Numbered from the stretch's first letter, positions 8,545 to 18,276 are shown. The stretch is DNA of 64,000 nucleotides from Candidatus Levybacteria bacterium RIFCSPHIGHO2_01_FULL_40_16 (GCA_001783805.1 MFNS01000001.1:342921-406920), one strand, 5' to 3'. Program-made: numbers and translations. The notes: a model not told the origin generated them from the letters alone.

Positions 8545-8580
8545 TTGACATACACCCCCCAGGGGTATATACTATAATAT
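8545..8580 (+). promoter_or_regulatory. csoR promoter (-35 TTGACA) with a CsoR-type operator-like pseudopalindrome ACACCCCCCAGGGGTAT
   Basis: TTGACA at 8545-8550, GC-tract inverted repeat at 8551-8568, TATAAT at 8573-8578, start of csoR at 8583. Confidence 0.5.
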
Positions 8581-8582
8581 AT

Positions 8583-8852
8583 ATGAATAAAAATAAGGAT
8601 GTCAAGGGGCAAGCTCAAAAGCGTATCAATATTATCAAAGGACAGCTTGACGGTTTGCTTAAAATGATCGAAGAAGATAAATATTGTATTGATTTGCTCG
8701 ATCAAAGTTTAGCTATACAAAATTCAATCAAAAGTCTTGATGCGCTTATATTCGAAAAACATTTAGGAACACATGTCGCAGATCAATTCCGAAATGAAAG
8801 AGAAAAAGCAATCGCAGAACTGTTAAGATTATTTAAGAGGATTCATCAATAG
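8583..8852 (+). CDS. csoR: CsoR/RcnR-family metal-sensing transcriptional repressor
   Basis: DUF156 family length and conserved Cys/His (YCIDLL...HL) pattern; immediately upstream of a copper ATPase. Confidence 0.8.
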   Translation: MNKNKDVKGQAQKRINIIKGQLDGLLKMIEEDKYCIDLLDQSLAIQNSIKSLDALIFEKHLGTHVADQFRNEREKAIAELLRLFKRIHQ

Positions 8853-8866
8853 ATAGATAAATCTTT

Positions 8867-10948
8867 ATGAATGAAAAAACGTATACCTGCCCAATGGATC
8901 CGGATGTAATACGAGATACTCCTGGTAATTGTCCAAAGTGCGGAATGAAGCTTGTGCCTATAAACGCAGAGCATGAGGGGCACGAAAATCATGCCTCGAT
9001 GGAGAAAGATTTTAGAAAACGTTTCTTTATTACCTTACCTTTTGTTTTACTTATCATGCTTCTTTCGCCAAATATCCAAAAATGGTTGCATTTTAATGTA
9101 AATTTTCCAGGTATCGGATTGTTGCTTTTTGTAATAGGTGCTTTTATTTTCCTCTTTGGCGGAATACCTTTCTTTAAAGCAGCAAAAGGAGAATTATCGC
9201 AAAAAAATCCCGGAATGATGACTCTGGTAGCGTTTGCCATAGCTGTAGGATTTACTTTTTCAGTTGCCGCAACTTTCTTTTTTCCGGAAGAATCTCTTTA
9301 TTGGGAAATATCCACCCTTATCTCTGTTTTTTTATTAGGCCATTGGCTTGAAATGAGAGCGGTCAGGGGAGCAACAGGCGCTTTGGCAGAATTGACCAAA
9401 CTTATTCCCCCATCCGCTCATCTTATTAAGAATGGTGACATCACGGATGTTAAAACTAATCAATTAGTGATAGGCAATAGAGTTTTAGTTAAGCCGGGAG
9501 AAAAAATTCCGATTGACGGTACGATAATAGATGGAGAAAGTTCGGTTAATGAATCAATGGTTACCGGAGAATCAAGACCTATTAATAAGAAAAAAAACGA
9601 TAAGGTAATTGGAGGCACTATTAATCAAGACGGGTCGTTGACAATTGAAGTTGCCAAAACAGGAGCGGATACAGCCATCTCTCAAATCATGAAATTAATA
9701 CGGGAGGCCCAAGCTTCAAAACCCAATGTGCAACACTTAGCTGATAGAGCAGCCGGTGTCTTATTCTATATAGCTATTGTTGCCGGAACTGTTTCATTTA
9801 TTACCTGGGTATTTATTTTACCTCACGGAGTTGTTTTCGCAGCGACTGTGGCTGTGGCGGCAATTGTTGTCGCTTGTCCTCATGCGCTTGGACTAGCCAT
9901 TCCTACAGTTACCACGATTACTTCTACTCTTGGCGCTAAAAACGGAATTTTGATCAAGGATATGAAGGGACTGGAAATAGCCAGAAAATTGAATTATGTG
10001 GTGTTTGATAAAACAGGAACTCTGACAAAAGGAGAGTTCGGAGTAACTGACATTATTTTAAGCCAAAAATCGAGTATTAAAGATCAAGATGAATTTCTGA
10101 AATTAGCGGCCGCCGTAGAGGTTCAATCACAACACTCCATCGCTCAAGGAATCGTTAATCATGCTAGGAATAGAAAGCTAGAAATCCCGGATGTAAAAGA
10201 ATTTAAATCTTTTCCGGGTAAAGGAGCTACCGGAAAAATTGGTAATAAAAAAATTGTGGTTGGCAATAAAGCTTTAATGGAAGAATTAAAAATAAGGATA
10301 AATGAGAATGGTTGGAGAAGGAAGAGTAAGGCGAGTACGCCAGTTTTTGTTGCCATAGATAGCAAACTAGCCGGAGTAATACTTCTTGCTGATATAATCA
10401 GGGAAGAATCAAAAGAGGCGATTAAAAGACTTCACGACATGGGAATAAAAACAGCTATGCTTACGGGAGATACCCTTGATGTAGCCAGCGAGGTTGGAAA
10501 ACAACTTAATCTGGATACTGTTTTTGCCCAAGTTTTACCTGAGGATAAGGTTAATAAGGTTAAGCAATTGCAAAACGAAGGGAATATTGTAGCTATGGTG
10601 GGAGATGGTGTTAATGATGCTCCGTCTCTTACTCAATCCCACGTTGGAATTGCCATAGGCGCGGGGACAGATGTCGCAGTTGAATCGGCAGACATCGTGC
10701 TCATGAAAAATGATCCAATGGATGTAGTCAAAGCAATATCTTTAAGCCGAAAAACTAATACCAAAATGGTTCAGAATCTAATCTGGGCAACCGGCTATAA
10801 CGTCTTTGCTATCCCAACAGCGGCAGGAGTGCTCTATCCGTCATTTGACATCTTGCTTCGGCCCGAATGGGCTGCTCTTTTGATGAGCGCATCATCAATT
10901 ATTGTGGTTTTTAACGCTCTTCTGTTAAGACGGGCAAAATTGAATTAA
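8867..10948 (+). CDS. copB: copper-translocating P1B-type ATPase (CPH motif, CopB-like) with N-terminal YHS/TRASH-like metal-binding domain
   Basis: DKTGTLT, CPH (ACPHALG) and GDGVNDAP motifs; 8 TM helices. Confidence 0.9.
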   Translation: MNEKTYTCPMDPDVIRDTPGNCPKCGMKLVPINAEHEGHENHASMEKDFRKRFFITLPFVLLIMLLSPNIQKWLHFNVNFPGIGLLLFVIGAFIFLFGGIPFFKAAKGELSQKNPGMMTLVAFAIAVGFTFSVAATFFFPEESLYWEISTLISVFLLGHWLEMRAVRGATGALAELTKLIPPSAHLIKNGDITDVKTNQLVIGNRVLVKPGEKIPIDGTIIDGESSVNESMVTGESRPINKKKNDKVIGGTINQDGSLTIEVAKTGADTAISQIMKLIREAQASKPNVQHLADRAAGVLFYIAIVAGTVSFITWVFILPHGVVFAATVAVAAIVVACPHALGLAIPTVTTITSTLGAKNGILIKDMKGLEIARKLNYVVFDKTGTLTKGEFGVTDIILSQKSSIKDQDEFLKLAAAVEVQSQHSIAQGIVNHARNRKLEIPDVKEFKSFPGKGATGKIGNKKIVVGNKALMEELKIRINENGWRRKSKASTPVFVAIDSKLAGVILLADIIREESKEAIKRLHDMGIKTAMLTGDTLDVASEVGKQLNLDTVFAQVLPEDKVNKVKQLQNEGNIVAMVGDGVNDAPSLTQSHVGIAIGAGTDVAVESADIVLMKNDPMDVVKAISLSRKTNTKMVQNLIWATGYNVFAIPTAAGVLYPSFDILLRPEWAALLMSASSIIVVFNALLLRRAKLN

Positions 10949-10954
10949 AGGGAG

Positions 10955-11158
10955 GTGATTATTATGTTTGGTTTTGGAAAAAACGATAAGGCTCAGGATC
11001 CTGTTTGCGGGATGAAGGTGGATAAAAAAACTGAGTTTTCTTCAGAAAATGATGGCGCAAAATATTATTTTTGCTCAGAAAACTGCAAAGATCAATTTAA
11101 CGCCAATCCAAAGGATTACATGAAAGAAAATGCAACAAAAACCAAATCTTGTTGCTAA
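10955..11158 (+). CDS. YHS-domain copper-binding protein
   Basis: DPVCGMKVD ... YYFCSENCKDQF YHS/TRASH signature. Confidence 0.7.
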   Translation: MIIMFGFGKNDKAQDPVCGMKVDKKTEFSSENDGAKYYFCSENCKDQFNANPKDYMKENATKTKSCC

Positions 11159-11169
11159 ATCCAAGGGCG

Positions 11170-11847
11170 TTAAAGCTTGTCAATTTCGGAAGCTAATTCC
11201 TGATTTCTGATTACCATGGAAGCATCATCTCTGATAAATTTAACAATTCCTTCTTTATTAATTATTACGTAACTATGTCCGGGAAATTGACCTTTGTGCA
11301 TTGACGAAGGAAGAGTTAGAACTCCGTATTTTCGGGAAACCTCCCTATTGCTATCAAAAACTACTGTTGCAAGAGCTAGTTCCGGCATTTTATCTGTCGC
11401 TTGTTTCCAATCATTTTTAGGATCAACCGTAATGTTTAATATTACAGCTTTATTTTGCAACCCCGTGTCCTTGCCAAAAGCCGCAATCTGATTCCAGCAG
11501 GCCGGATAACACATCAATCCTTCGTTAAAGAAAAGAATGACATTTTTACCTTTTAATCCACTTAGGGTAATTTTTTTTTCATCATAACTTTCCAACGTAA
11601 AATCAGGCGCAGGTTTATTAATTAAACTATTAAAAATAGTCGTATCAACAGGCGCTCCTCCTCCATGATGATCTGCCGCAGAGTCTGTTTGCGTGCTTTT
11701 GGATAACGCATTACCTGATACTTCCTTTTCAGTCGCCTGAACAGCTTGTCTGTTAGAATTGCTAAACCGACTAACGACCAGTATTAAAACTACGACTATT
11801 CCGGTACTTAAAATTGCAATAAGCCCTGTTTTATTCATGTAAGTCAC
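11170..11847 (-). CDS. membrane-anchored thioredoxin-fold thiol-disulfide oxidoreductase (TlpA/redoxin-like), paralog 1
   Basis: CYPAC (CxxC) active site in a redoxin fold; N-terminal TM segment. Confidence 0.75.
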   Translation of the reverse strand: MTYMNKTGLIAILSTGIVVVLILVVSRFSNSNRQAVQATEKEVSGNALSKSTQTDSAADHHGGGAPVDTTIFNSLINKPAPDFTLESYDEKKITLSGLKGKNVILFFNEGLMCYPACWNQIAAFGKDTGLQNKAVILNITVDPKNDWKQATDKMPELALATVVFDSNREVSRKYGVLTLPSSMHKGQFPGHSYVIINKEGIVKFIRDDASMVIRNQELASEIDKL

Positions 11848-12721
11848 CTCCCTTGGTCTTGTTTTTCTTCAACGATACAAATTGCTTAATGGCAATATAG
11901 GTAATAAATACTACAATAGCAATGACGATGATGGCCCAAGCTGTCTCGGGAATAAATTTAGTGAATTGGCCAATGAACTCAATAAATTTTGTCAGGTATA
12001 TATTCAAGGCAATCTGGTATGAAGAGTGCGTCGTAAGCTGGCTTGTTTTTGCAAGATAAATAATAATAATTCCCAATGCAGCAAATATCAGTCCGGAAAA
12101 AAGATTAGCTAAAGTTTGCTGGATTTTTTGGCCAAGAAAAGTATAGGAGATTTTTCTTCTGAAGGCGAAAAACTTTTTGGTAAAATCGGCTTTGTCCAGG
12201 GTAAAGGCAATAATAAAAAGAGGAAGAACCATTCCTAACACATAAGCCAGGGTATAAACTCCTCCTAAGAAAACTGAACCGGGAAGCGCTGATAAGGTCA
12301 GGACTCCGGCCAGTACAGGTGCGCAGCAAGTGGTGGCAATTGCAGAAAATATACCCAAAATATAAACCGACACAAAGTCTTGCTTTTTCAGCTCCGGGTG
12401 GACAGTAAAAGGCAAAGAAAATTGCTGTCCCAAAAGCAAAGTTATGCCTAAAAACAGTAAAAAGACTCCCCCGATAAGAAAAATCGTATCATGATATTGG
12501 CTGAAGATTTGAGCCAGGAATGAAACTCCCATACCAATGGGAAGAAAGATCGATGAGATGCCAAGGAAGTAAACAAAAGTCATTAAAAATACTGTAGTTT
12601 TTTGCTTAAAAATGGAAGCAAAATAAGTTGGCAAGAGCACGGTGATGCAGCAGGGTGCAAAAAGCGCGGCAATTCCTGCGAAAAACGCGGCTATAAAAGA
12701 TGCGCTGATTAAAAGTTCCAT
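11831..12721 (-). CDS. ccdA: cytochrome c biogenesis / thiol-disulfide transporter CcdA (DsbD transmembrane family)
   Basis: FAPCCITVLLP motif; 6-8 TM helices. Confidence 0.85.
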   Translation of the reverse strand: MELLISASFIAAFFAGIAALFAPCCITVLLPTYFASIFKQKTTVFLMTFVYFLGISSIFLPIGMGVSFLAQIFSQYHDTIFLIGGVFLLFLGITLLLGQQFSLPFTVHPELKKQDFVSVYILGIFSAIATTCCAPVLAGVLTLSALPGSVFLGGVYTLAYVLGMVLPLFIIAFTLDKADFTKKFFAFRRKISYTFLGQKIQQTLANLFSGLIFAALGIIIIYLAKTSQLTTHSSYQIALNIYLTKFIEFIGQFTKFIPETAWAIIVIAIVVFITYIAIKQFVSLKKNKTKGGDLHE

Positions 12722-12724
12722 AGG

Positions 12725-13333
12725 TTAAAGTTTGTTTATTTCTGCTATTAATTCCTGATTTCTGACTGCCATGGAAACGTCATCTTTGACATATCGGACA
12801 ATTCCCTCTTTATCAATAACCACGTAGGTGTGCCCGGGAAGCTGTCCTTTATGCATGGATGAAGGAAGAGAAAGCATGTCATAGGTTATGGAAATCCGCT
12901 TGTCGGTATCAAAAAGGACTACGGCTTTAGCCAATTCCGGCATTTTTTCAATTGCCATTTTCCAGTCGCTCTTGGGATCATTGAGAATCGTCAATGCAAT
13001 AGTATCCTTACTCGCAAATTCATTATCTTTCCCAAAAGCAGCGATTTGGTCCCAGCAGGCCGGATAACACATTAGGCCTTCACTAAAAAATAGGACAACA
13101 TTTTTACCCTTGAGCTTGCTTAAGGTAACTTTTTCACCGTTGTAATTTTCCAATGTAAAATCAGGCGCTGTTTTGCCGACTAAACTATCAAGCGATATAT
13201 TTACTGTCTGACTAGTAGAAGAGCTTTGCCCGCTATTGCCATTGAATAGAAAGATCGCCGCCACAAGCATAGCAGCTGTAATTATAGAGCCCAATATAAT
13301 AATTTGTTTTTCTTTCATGAAATTATTTAACAA
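12725..13333 (-). CDS. membrane-anchored thioredoxin-fold thiol-disulfide oxidoreductase, paralog 2
   Basis: CYPAC motif; about 65% identical to paralog 1 across the thioredoxin-fold domain. Confidence 0.75.
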   Translation of the reverse strand: MLNNFMKEKQIIILGSIITAAMLVAAIFLFNGNSGQSSSTSQTVNISLDSLVGKTAPDFTLENYNGEKVTLSKLKGKNVVLFFSEGLMCYPACWDQIAAFGKDNEFASKDTIALTILNDPKSDWKMAIEKMPELAKAVVLFDTDKRISITYDMLSLPSSMHKGQLPGHTYVVIDKEGIVRYVKDDVSMAVRNQELIAEINKL

Positions 13334-13336
13334 GTT

Positions 13337-13735
13337 TTAAAGATTCCATTTAAAACTTCTTTCCGGCACTCCGCCGACATTTTTTATTATTAATTCAATC
13401 GATTTGGGCCCGGGCAAAATGGGCTTGAATTTCAAAACGCCTTCGCGGTGATGCCCTCCGGGAGGTGTTCCTTCCCAAGATATGGGCTTGTATGACTTTC
13501 TCTGATCATCTACGATTTCTGAAACAACGATCAAATCGCTGTCCAATTCTTCAGAATGAGTGCCTAATGCAATGTCAAAACTTAAGGAGGATGGGTCACT
13601 TTCTAGATCACGGGGCGTAACAGTGATCACAACAGAACCCTCGCTGTTCTCTTTTGTCTCAAAGGGCACTCCCCTAAACTTAACCGCCAGAATTATAAAC
13701 AGAATTGCAATAAAAATAATGATAATTTTTTTCAT
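13337..13735 (-). CDS. hypothetical membrane-anchored exported protein
   Basis: N-terminal TM/signal segment; GGHH motif; no known domain recognised. Confidence 0.45.
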   Translation of the reverse strand: MKKIIIIFIAILFIILAVKFRGVPFETKENSEGSVVITVTPRDLESDPSSLSFDIALGTHSEELDSDLIVVSEIVDDQRKSYKPISWEGTPPGGHHREGVLKFKPILPGPKSIELIIKNVGGVPERSFKWNL

Positions 13736-14199
13736 TATTGTTTAGAAAATCTTAGCACCTTATTTCCCAAGTAAAGTATTCCCAAAAGGTTAAAAAATAA
13801 GCCAATCCAGAAAAATTGAACCTGGTATTGACCGATAAAAGTAATTATACCTGTTATCCCGAGAATTGGCAAAATATTGGTCAAGTAATGGGCGCAGCAG
13901 GAAATCATGGCCGTAGTGGAAGTTACGCCGGTTGCGGCTAAAACTCGTCCCGTCTTAGCCTTTTGTCTAATAATCTCCTTAAGGTAACTGTAAAGGCCAA
14001 ATTGCACCCCAAAGCCCAAAGCAAGAGCTATAATAAAGTACCAGAACCGGCTAAACTGCTCCCAGGCAAACTTCCACCCGGAAACTAGAGTCAAAATCAA
14101 AAAGTAAACGGCCAAAAGAATTAGAAATGCCGCGCTTCCTTTAATAATTGATTTTCTCATAATCTTAGAGCGGGGCTTTTTCAGGGGCTCGGTTTTCAT
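13735..14199 (-). CDS. hypothetical integral membrane protein with CC motif
   Basis: Four predicted TM segments; SCCAHY in a TM segment. Confidence 0.45.
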   Translation of the reverse strand: MKTEPLKKPRSKIMRKSIIKGSAAFLILLAVYFLILTLVSGWKFAWEQFSRFWYFIIALALGFGVQFGLYSYLKEIIRQKAKTGRVLAATGVTSTTAMISCCAHYLTNILPILGITGIITFIGQYQVQFFWIGLFFNLLGILYLGNKVLRFSKQ

Positions 14200-14740
14200 T
14201 CGTTTCCATAAAGGTTTTTATTTTAACCTCATCAATTGCCTGAAGTTTAAGTAATCTCCCCCACGAGGTTAGAGCTATTGAAACATCCATCGTAGCATGG
14301 GGAACCATAATTTTTTTGCTAATTGAAACCGAATTAAAAATTTGTTTTAAGCGTTCAATATCTTGCTTAGATAAGCCATTGTACCAAAGTATGACTGCTC
14401 CATGTTCCATGCTGTGTATCAGATTTCCGTCCGGCACGCTCTTGTCATAAATACCGGCCTTTGCAGAAAGGGCATAATGAGAGCCTCCGGTAGGCGGATT
14501 GGTAAGATAAGTTACTAAAGTGCCTTCCGGTACGTGATTTGCCCCCTGGTCGGCGATGGCATCTCCCACCAAAGGTTTACTCAATTTCGCCTCTTCTTTA
14601 GCACCATTACTCCCTAAAAGCCATACGCCTCCGCCAAGGATAACAACGGTAATTATGATAATTGATATTGTTACCTTCAAACTCCGCAGCCTCCTTTTTG
14701 CTGGGGCGGCGGCGCAACTATGCCATTTTCCGTTAGCCAT
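14165..14740 (-). CDS. DUF3105-like membrane-anchored protein
   Basis: HSMEHGAVILWY-type motif; the start may lie downstream of 14740 (overlap with the next gene). Confidence 0.5.
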   Translation of the reverse strand: MANGKWHSCAAAPAKRRLRSLKVTISIIIITVVILGGGVWLLGSNGAKEEAKLSKPLVGDAIADQGANHVPEGTLVTYLTNPPTGGSHYALSAKAGIYDKSVPDGNLIHSMEHGAVILWYNGLSKQDIERLKQIFNSVSISKKIMVPHATMDVSIALTSWGRLLKLQAIDEVKIKTFMETNENRAPEKAPL

Positions 14741-16104
14741 TTTTTTACCGCTTGCGCTCCGAAAGCCGACGAAATATCCTTACCAAGAATTAGTCTGGCA
14801 TCTACATCTTTGTAGTCCTTATTTTCTTTATTTTTAAAGTACAAAGCAATGTCATAATAATTGGCGGGAAACCAAAAGGCATTGATGTATTTTGCCGCAT
14901 TATACATTTCATTTTCAGTGCCGCCTTGTGCCGCCATTAGCTCAAGCACGCCTAAAAGCGCCATTCCATGATTGCAGTCGGGAAAAGCTGTTGAATTACC
15001 GCAACATGGCCTATAAATGTTCGAGGCGACTTTGTTGACCAGATCTTCCTGCGTAGGCGTTAATGGAACTAGAGCTCTTTTTGAGTAGTAGTCGATTGCA
15101 TCGCTTTTGGCAAGCGTCCATCCTCCGGTTGAAGCAAATTTGCCAACCTGCCCTTGGCCATATTTGACCATATCCCCTTCTGTCAATATTTTTGTTTTAT
15201 TTCCAAGACCAAAAGCCCAGAAAAAGTTCAACAGAAAATAGGAGTTGTTTTGGTCTATCTTAATTTTTTTATCAGAGCCTCGGGTTAAGATCTCTTCTTG
15301 TTCCGGCGTCAGCGCCTGTTGAGATTGTTGATAAATTTGCTTAAATTTCTCCAAATCAATTACGCCCATCTCAAGCATTTTGGGACCTATATCGCCATAT
15401 TTTACATTTATTTCGTATCCTTTTGCGGGATTTATTTGAGCAAAAACAGAAGCGGCATCGGCCTTAATCTTGGAAACATTAGCAGCTGCCGCCGCGACCG
15501 TATTACTTTGAGTTTTGGCCCGATATTTGATAGGAAGTCTGGGAATAGCATAAACACTAAAAACAAAAAGAAACAAAAGTAAAAAAGGCTGTAATTGACT
15601 AAAAGTTCTTTTGTAAACGTTGGCTGACGGCTGTTTGTTCCTGCAAAACCCCAGGATGTTTTTTGAGTACTGCCAAATCGCATACGAAAGTACAACAATT
15701 GAGAATAGTTTTATTTCCAGCCCCCCGAAAGGAAAAGCGGTTAAAGACGCTGCGACTCCCAGTGTCGGTAAGAGGAAAGCGCTGCAAACAGAACAGCCTG
15801 TCACGGCAGTGGAAAAGACTAAGGATCCAAGGGTATTGAAAAAAGTCGTTTCGGATCCTTTCTTTCTCTCCTCGATCACATATAAAAGAAAAGAGATGGC
15901 AATACCTATGAGAGCGGCATTGACAATGCTTAATATAACCTGAGACCAGCTATACCAAGGAAGATTAGACTGCCAGAATGCATCCCAGGTGGTATTTTGT
16001 ATAAGAATCAGATAGTGCAGAAACAGAACGTTGAAAGCGATAGCGGCAGTGATTACGAAGTAATGGGATTTACGAAATACTTTTAAAAACGCTTTTTGAA
16101 CCAT
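14677..16104 (-). CDS. hypothetical polytopic membrane protein with CxxC (CSVCSAF) and a C-terminal Cys-rich soluble domain
   Basis: N-terminal TM domain with CxxC, reminiscent of VKOR/DsbB-type oxidoreductases; C-terminal PCCGNSTAFPDCNHG. Confidence 0.5.
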   Translation of the reverse strand: MVQKAFLKVFRKSHYFVITAAIAFNVLFLHYLILIQNTTWDAFWQSNLPWYSWSQVILSIVNAALIGIAISFLLYVIEERKKGSETTFFNTLGSLVFSTAVTGCSVCSAFLLPTLGVAASLTAFPFGGLEIKLFSIVVLSYAIWQYSKNILGFCRNKQPSANVYKRTFSQLQPFLLLFLFVFSVYAIPRLPIKYRAKTQSNTVAAAAANVSKIKADAASVFAQINPAKGYEINVKYGDIGPKMLEMGVIDLEKFKQIYQQSQQALTPEQEEILTRGSDKKIKIDQNNSYFLLNFFWAFGLGNKTKILTEGDMVKYGQGQVGKFASTGGWTLAKSDAIDYYSKRALVPLTPTQEDLVNKVASNIYRPCCGNSTAFPDCNHGMALLGVLELMAAQGGTENEMYNAAKYINAFWFPANYYDIALYFKNKENKDYKDVDARLILGKDISSAFGAQAVKKWLTENGIVAPPPQQKGGCGV

Positions 16105-16235
16105 GCCTTAAATAATACATGCTTCCCTGGATAAAAACAACTGGGAGTTTTGTCATCAAATTACTTACGCGCGTCAAAGTTTTTCATGTCCAACAATCTA
16201 TTTTTATATGAGGAATTTTAAGGAACAAAGTAAAG

Positions 16236-16379
16236 TTATTTTTTATTCACCTGCCTCCACAACCAAACCCCTAAAAGAATCAAGTCAATTAGGATTACTG
16301 CCCAAAAAATAACCATAATAGTTCCCAACCCGGAATTCATCATGTAATACCCTGATCCCCAATTTCCGAAATTCATCAT
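16236..16379 (-). CDS. small membrane peptide (47 aa), hypothetical
   Basis: Strong RBS AAAGGGGGTGA 8-10 nt upstream of ATG; single TM helix; below the ORF-track length cutoff. Confidence 0.35.
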   Translation of the reverse strand: MMNFGNWGSGYYMMNSGLGTIMVIFWAVILIDLILLGVWLWRQVNKK

Positions 16380-16404
16380 GCCATATCACCCCCTTTAAAA
16401 TAAT

Positions 16405-17214
16405 TTAAGAAAGTAAGACTCCTCCGTCAACAATAATCTGAGTTCCTGTCATATACGAAGACATGTCTGAAGCCAGAAATAAAGCAACTTTTCCAATATC
16501 ATCAGGCTCCCCCATCCTACGCATTGGAATTTTTGCCAAAAACATCTCGAGAAGCTTTGCGGGATCAACACCTGCGGTGGCAGGATGTCCCGCTTGCATC
16601 CGTTTTACTCCTTCTGTCAAAATTCCGCCCGGCGCAATTGCATTAACCCAGATTTTATGCGGAGCAAGCTCTAGTGCAACATTCTTGGTAAATCCCCACA
16701 CCCCATGCTTTGATGCATCGTAATGAGCCAGACCAACAGATGAGGGATGAAGCGCGTCAACAGAGGTAATGTTGATAATTTTTCCACCATTCCCCTGTTT
16801 AATCATTTGTTCCGCCGCATATTTTGTACACAAAAATACTCCTTTAAGATTTACCGCCAGCACTTTGTCAAAATCCCCAAGTGTCATCTGCATAACCGGA
16901 ATTGTCGGATAGATTCCCGCATTATTCACCAGAATATCTACCGATCCAAAATCCGCAACAGAGGCTGCAACCATCCTTTTGACATCTTCTTCAATGGATA
17001 CGTCTGCCTGCACTGCTTTTACTTTCCAATTCTTTTCGGTTAATTTTTTGACCGACTCGTTGGCCTCATCAAGAGAACGGGTTGCAATCACAACACTGGC
17101 TCCGGCTTCTGCTAACCGGTAGGCAATCCCAAAGCCAATTCCTACCGCGCCTGTTACAATTGCGGTTTTCCCCGATAGATCCAATAATTTACCATTTGCC
17201 GTTATCTCCATCAT
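16405..17214 (-). CDS. SDR-family oxidoreductase (3-oxoacyl-ACP reductase-like)
   Basis: TGAVGIGFGIA Rossmann motif; catalytic YDASKHGV (YxxxK). Confidence 0.85.
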   Translation of the reverse strand: MMEITANGKLLDLSGKTAIVTGAVGIGFGIAYRLAEAGASVVIATRSLDEANESVKKLTEKNWKVKAVQADVSIEEDVKRMVAASVADFGSVDILVNNAGIYPTIPVMQMTLGDFDKVLAVNLKGVFLCTKYAAEQMIKQGNGGKIINITSVDALHPSSVGLAHYDASKHGVWGFTKNVALELAPHKIWVNAIAPGGILTEGVKRMQAGHPATAGVDPAKLLEMFLAKIPMRRMGEPDDIGKVALFLASDMSSYMTGTQIIVDGGVLLS

Positions 17215-17222
17215 TTCAAATG

Positions 17223-17795
17223 TTAAGATTCTTTCGATGCCGTATTGCCCAAAAAAATTTCTCTGTCTTTTTCCGATTTTGGAAGCAGACCTTCAATAAT
17301 ATGAAAATATTTAATCGGGTTATGTATTAAATACAAAGAGGTATACTTTTCTAAATACCAGTTGTAAAGGTGTATTGTCCCGAACCCAAAAATTCTTCCA
17401 AAAAATCCCTGCTCAACTTTTACAGATCTCATTTGCGAAAATGGGTGTTTTTCCTGATTTCTCCAAACAATACCGCTCCAGTACATCAGGACATGAGGCC
17501 AAATTTCGTAATATTCAGTTATCCATCGCATAACAATATAAATAGTCAAGGCAATTTTTAGAAAAACCAGGATCAAAAAAAATGGTAAGTTATACGATAG
17601 TATTGCACTATTGATGACTTCGGGCACAAATTTATTTGTAACCGAAGAAAAATATAATATCGCTATGAATGCTGCTGTCACATCCAGAAAGATAAGTTTA
17701 AGCAGCAAAAAAAATATACTCTGCCTTATATTTATGTGGGTAACGTAAATTTTTTCGCTTTTATCACTATTTTGCACCATATTTCCGGGACGCAA
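17223..17795 (-). CDS. membrane protein with bacterial PH-like (DUF304/YdbT-like) domain
   Basis: Two N-terminal TM helices followed by a ~100-aa soluble domain. Confidence 0.4.
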   Translation of the reverse strand: MRPGNMVQNSDKSEKIYVTHINIRQSIFFLLLKLIFLDVTAAFIAILYFSSVTNKFVPEVINSAILSYNLPFFLILVFLKIALTIYIVMRWITEYYEIWPHVLMYWSGIVWRNQEKHPFSQMRSVKVEQGFFGRIFGFGTIHLYNWYLEKYTSLYLIHNPIKYFHIIEGLLPKSEKDREIFLGNTASKES

Positions 17796-18276
17796 TCCAC
17801 GGTGACAAAAATCTATCCAAACCGATACCCCCCGCAGTTTTTCCTGCCAGCATTATGAAAATTTGAAGAATCAGCAATGTCGGGTTGGTGCTGACGGTTC
17901 CGGCGTAAAGATAATTCATATTCATGAATGCTCCGAAAAATGCGGCAATTCCCGTAAATGCGCCTAGAATTAAGCCAATCCCTACAAAAAGTTCCCCGTA
18001 GGAAACCAAATAGGAAAAAATGACGGAATTTGGCAGCGCTACTGTCTTTATGAAATCCGCATACCAACTTGCAACTTGTGGATGTGCACCTGTTGTCTTG
18101 GCCAGTGAACCGGCCAAAAAACCGCTTACTGCTACTCCGGCTTTTGCTCCAACCCAGACAGGATCGATTATTTTTTCCCATCCTGCAGTAAGCCATGCCC
18201 ACCCGACATAAATTCTTATTAAAAGCCACAACCAGGAAAGTTTGGGGTTTGAAAAGAAACTGGAATTTTTTTCCAT
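17767..18276 (-). CDS. DoxX-family membrane protein
   Basis: RIYVGWAWLTAGWEKI signature; four TM helices. Confidence 0.7.
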   Translation of the reverse strand: MEKNSSFFSNPKLSWLWLLIRIYVGWAWLTAGWEKIIDPVWVGAKAGVAVSGFLAGSLAKTTGAHPQVASWYADFIKTVALPNSVIFSYLVSYGELFVGIGLILGAFTGIAAFFGAFMNMNYLYAGTVSTNPTLLILQIFIMLAGKTAGGIGLDRFLSPWIASRKYGAK

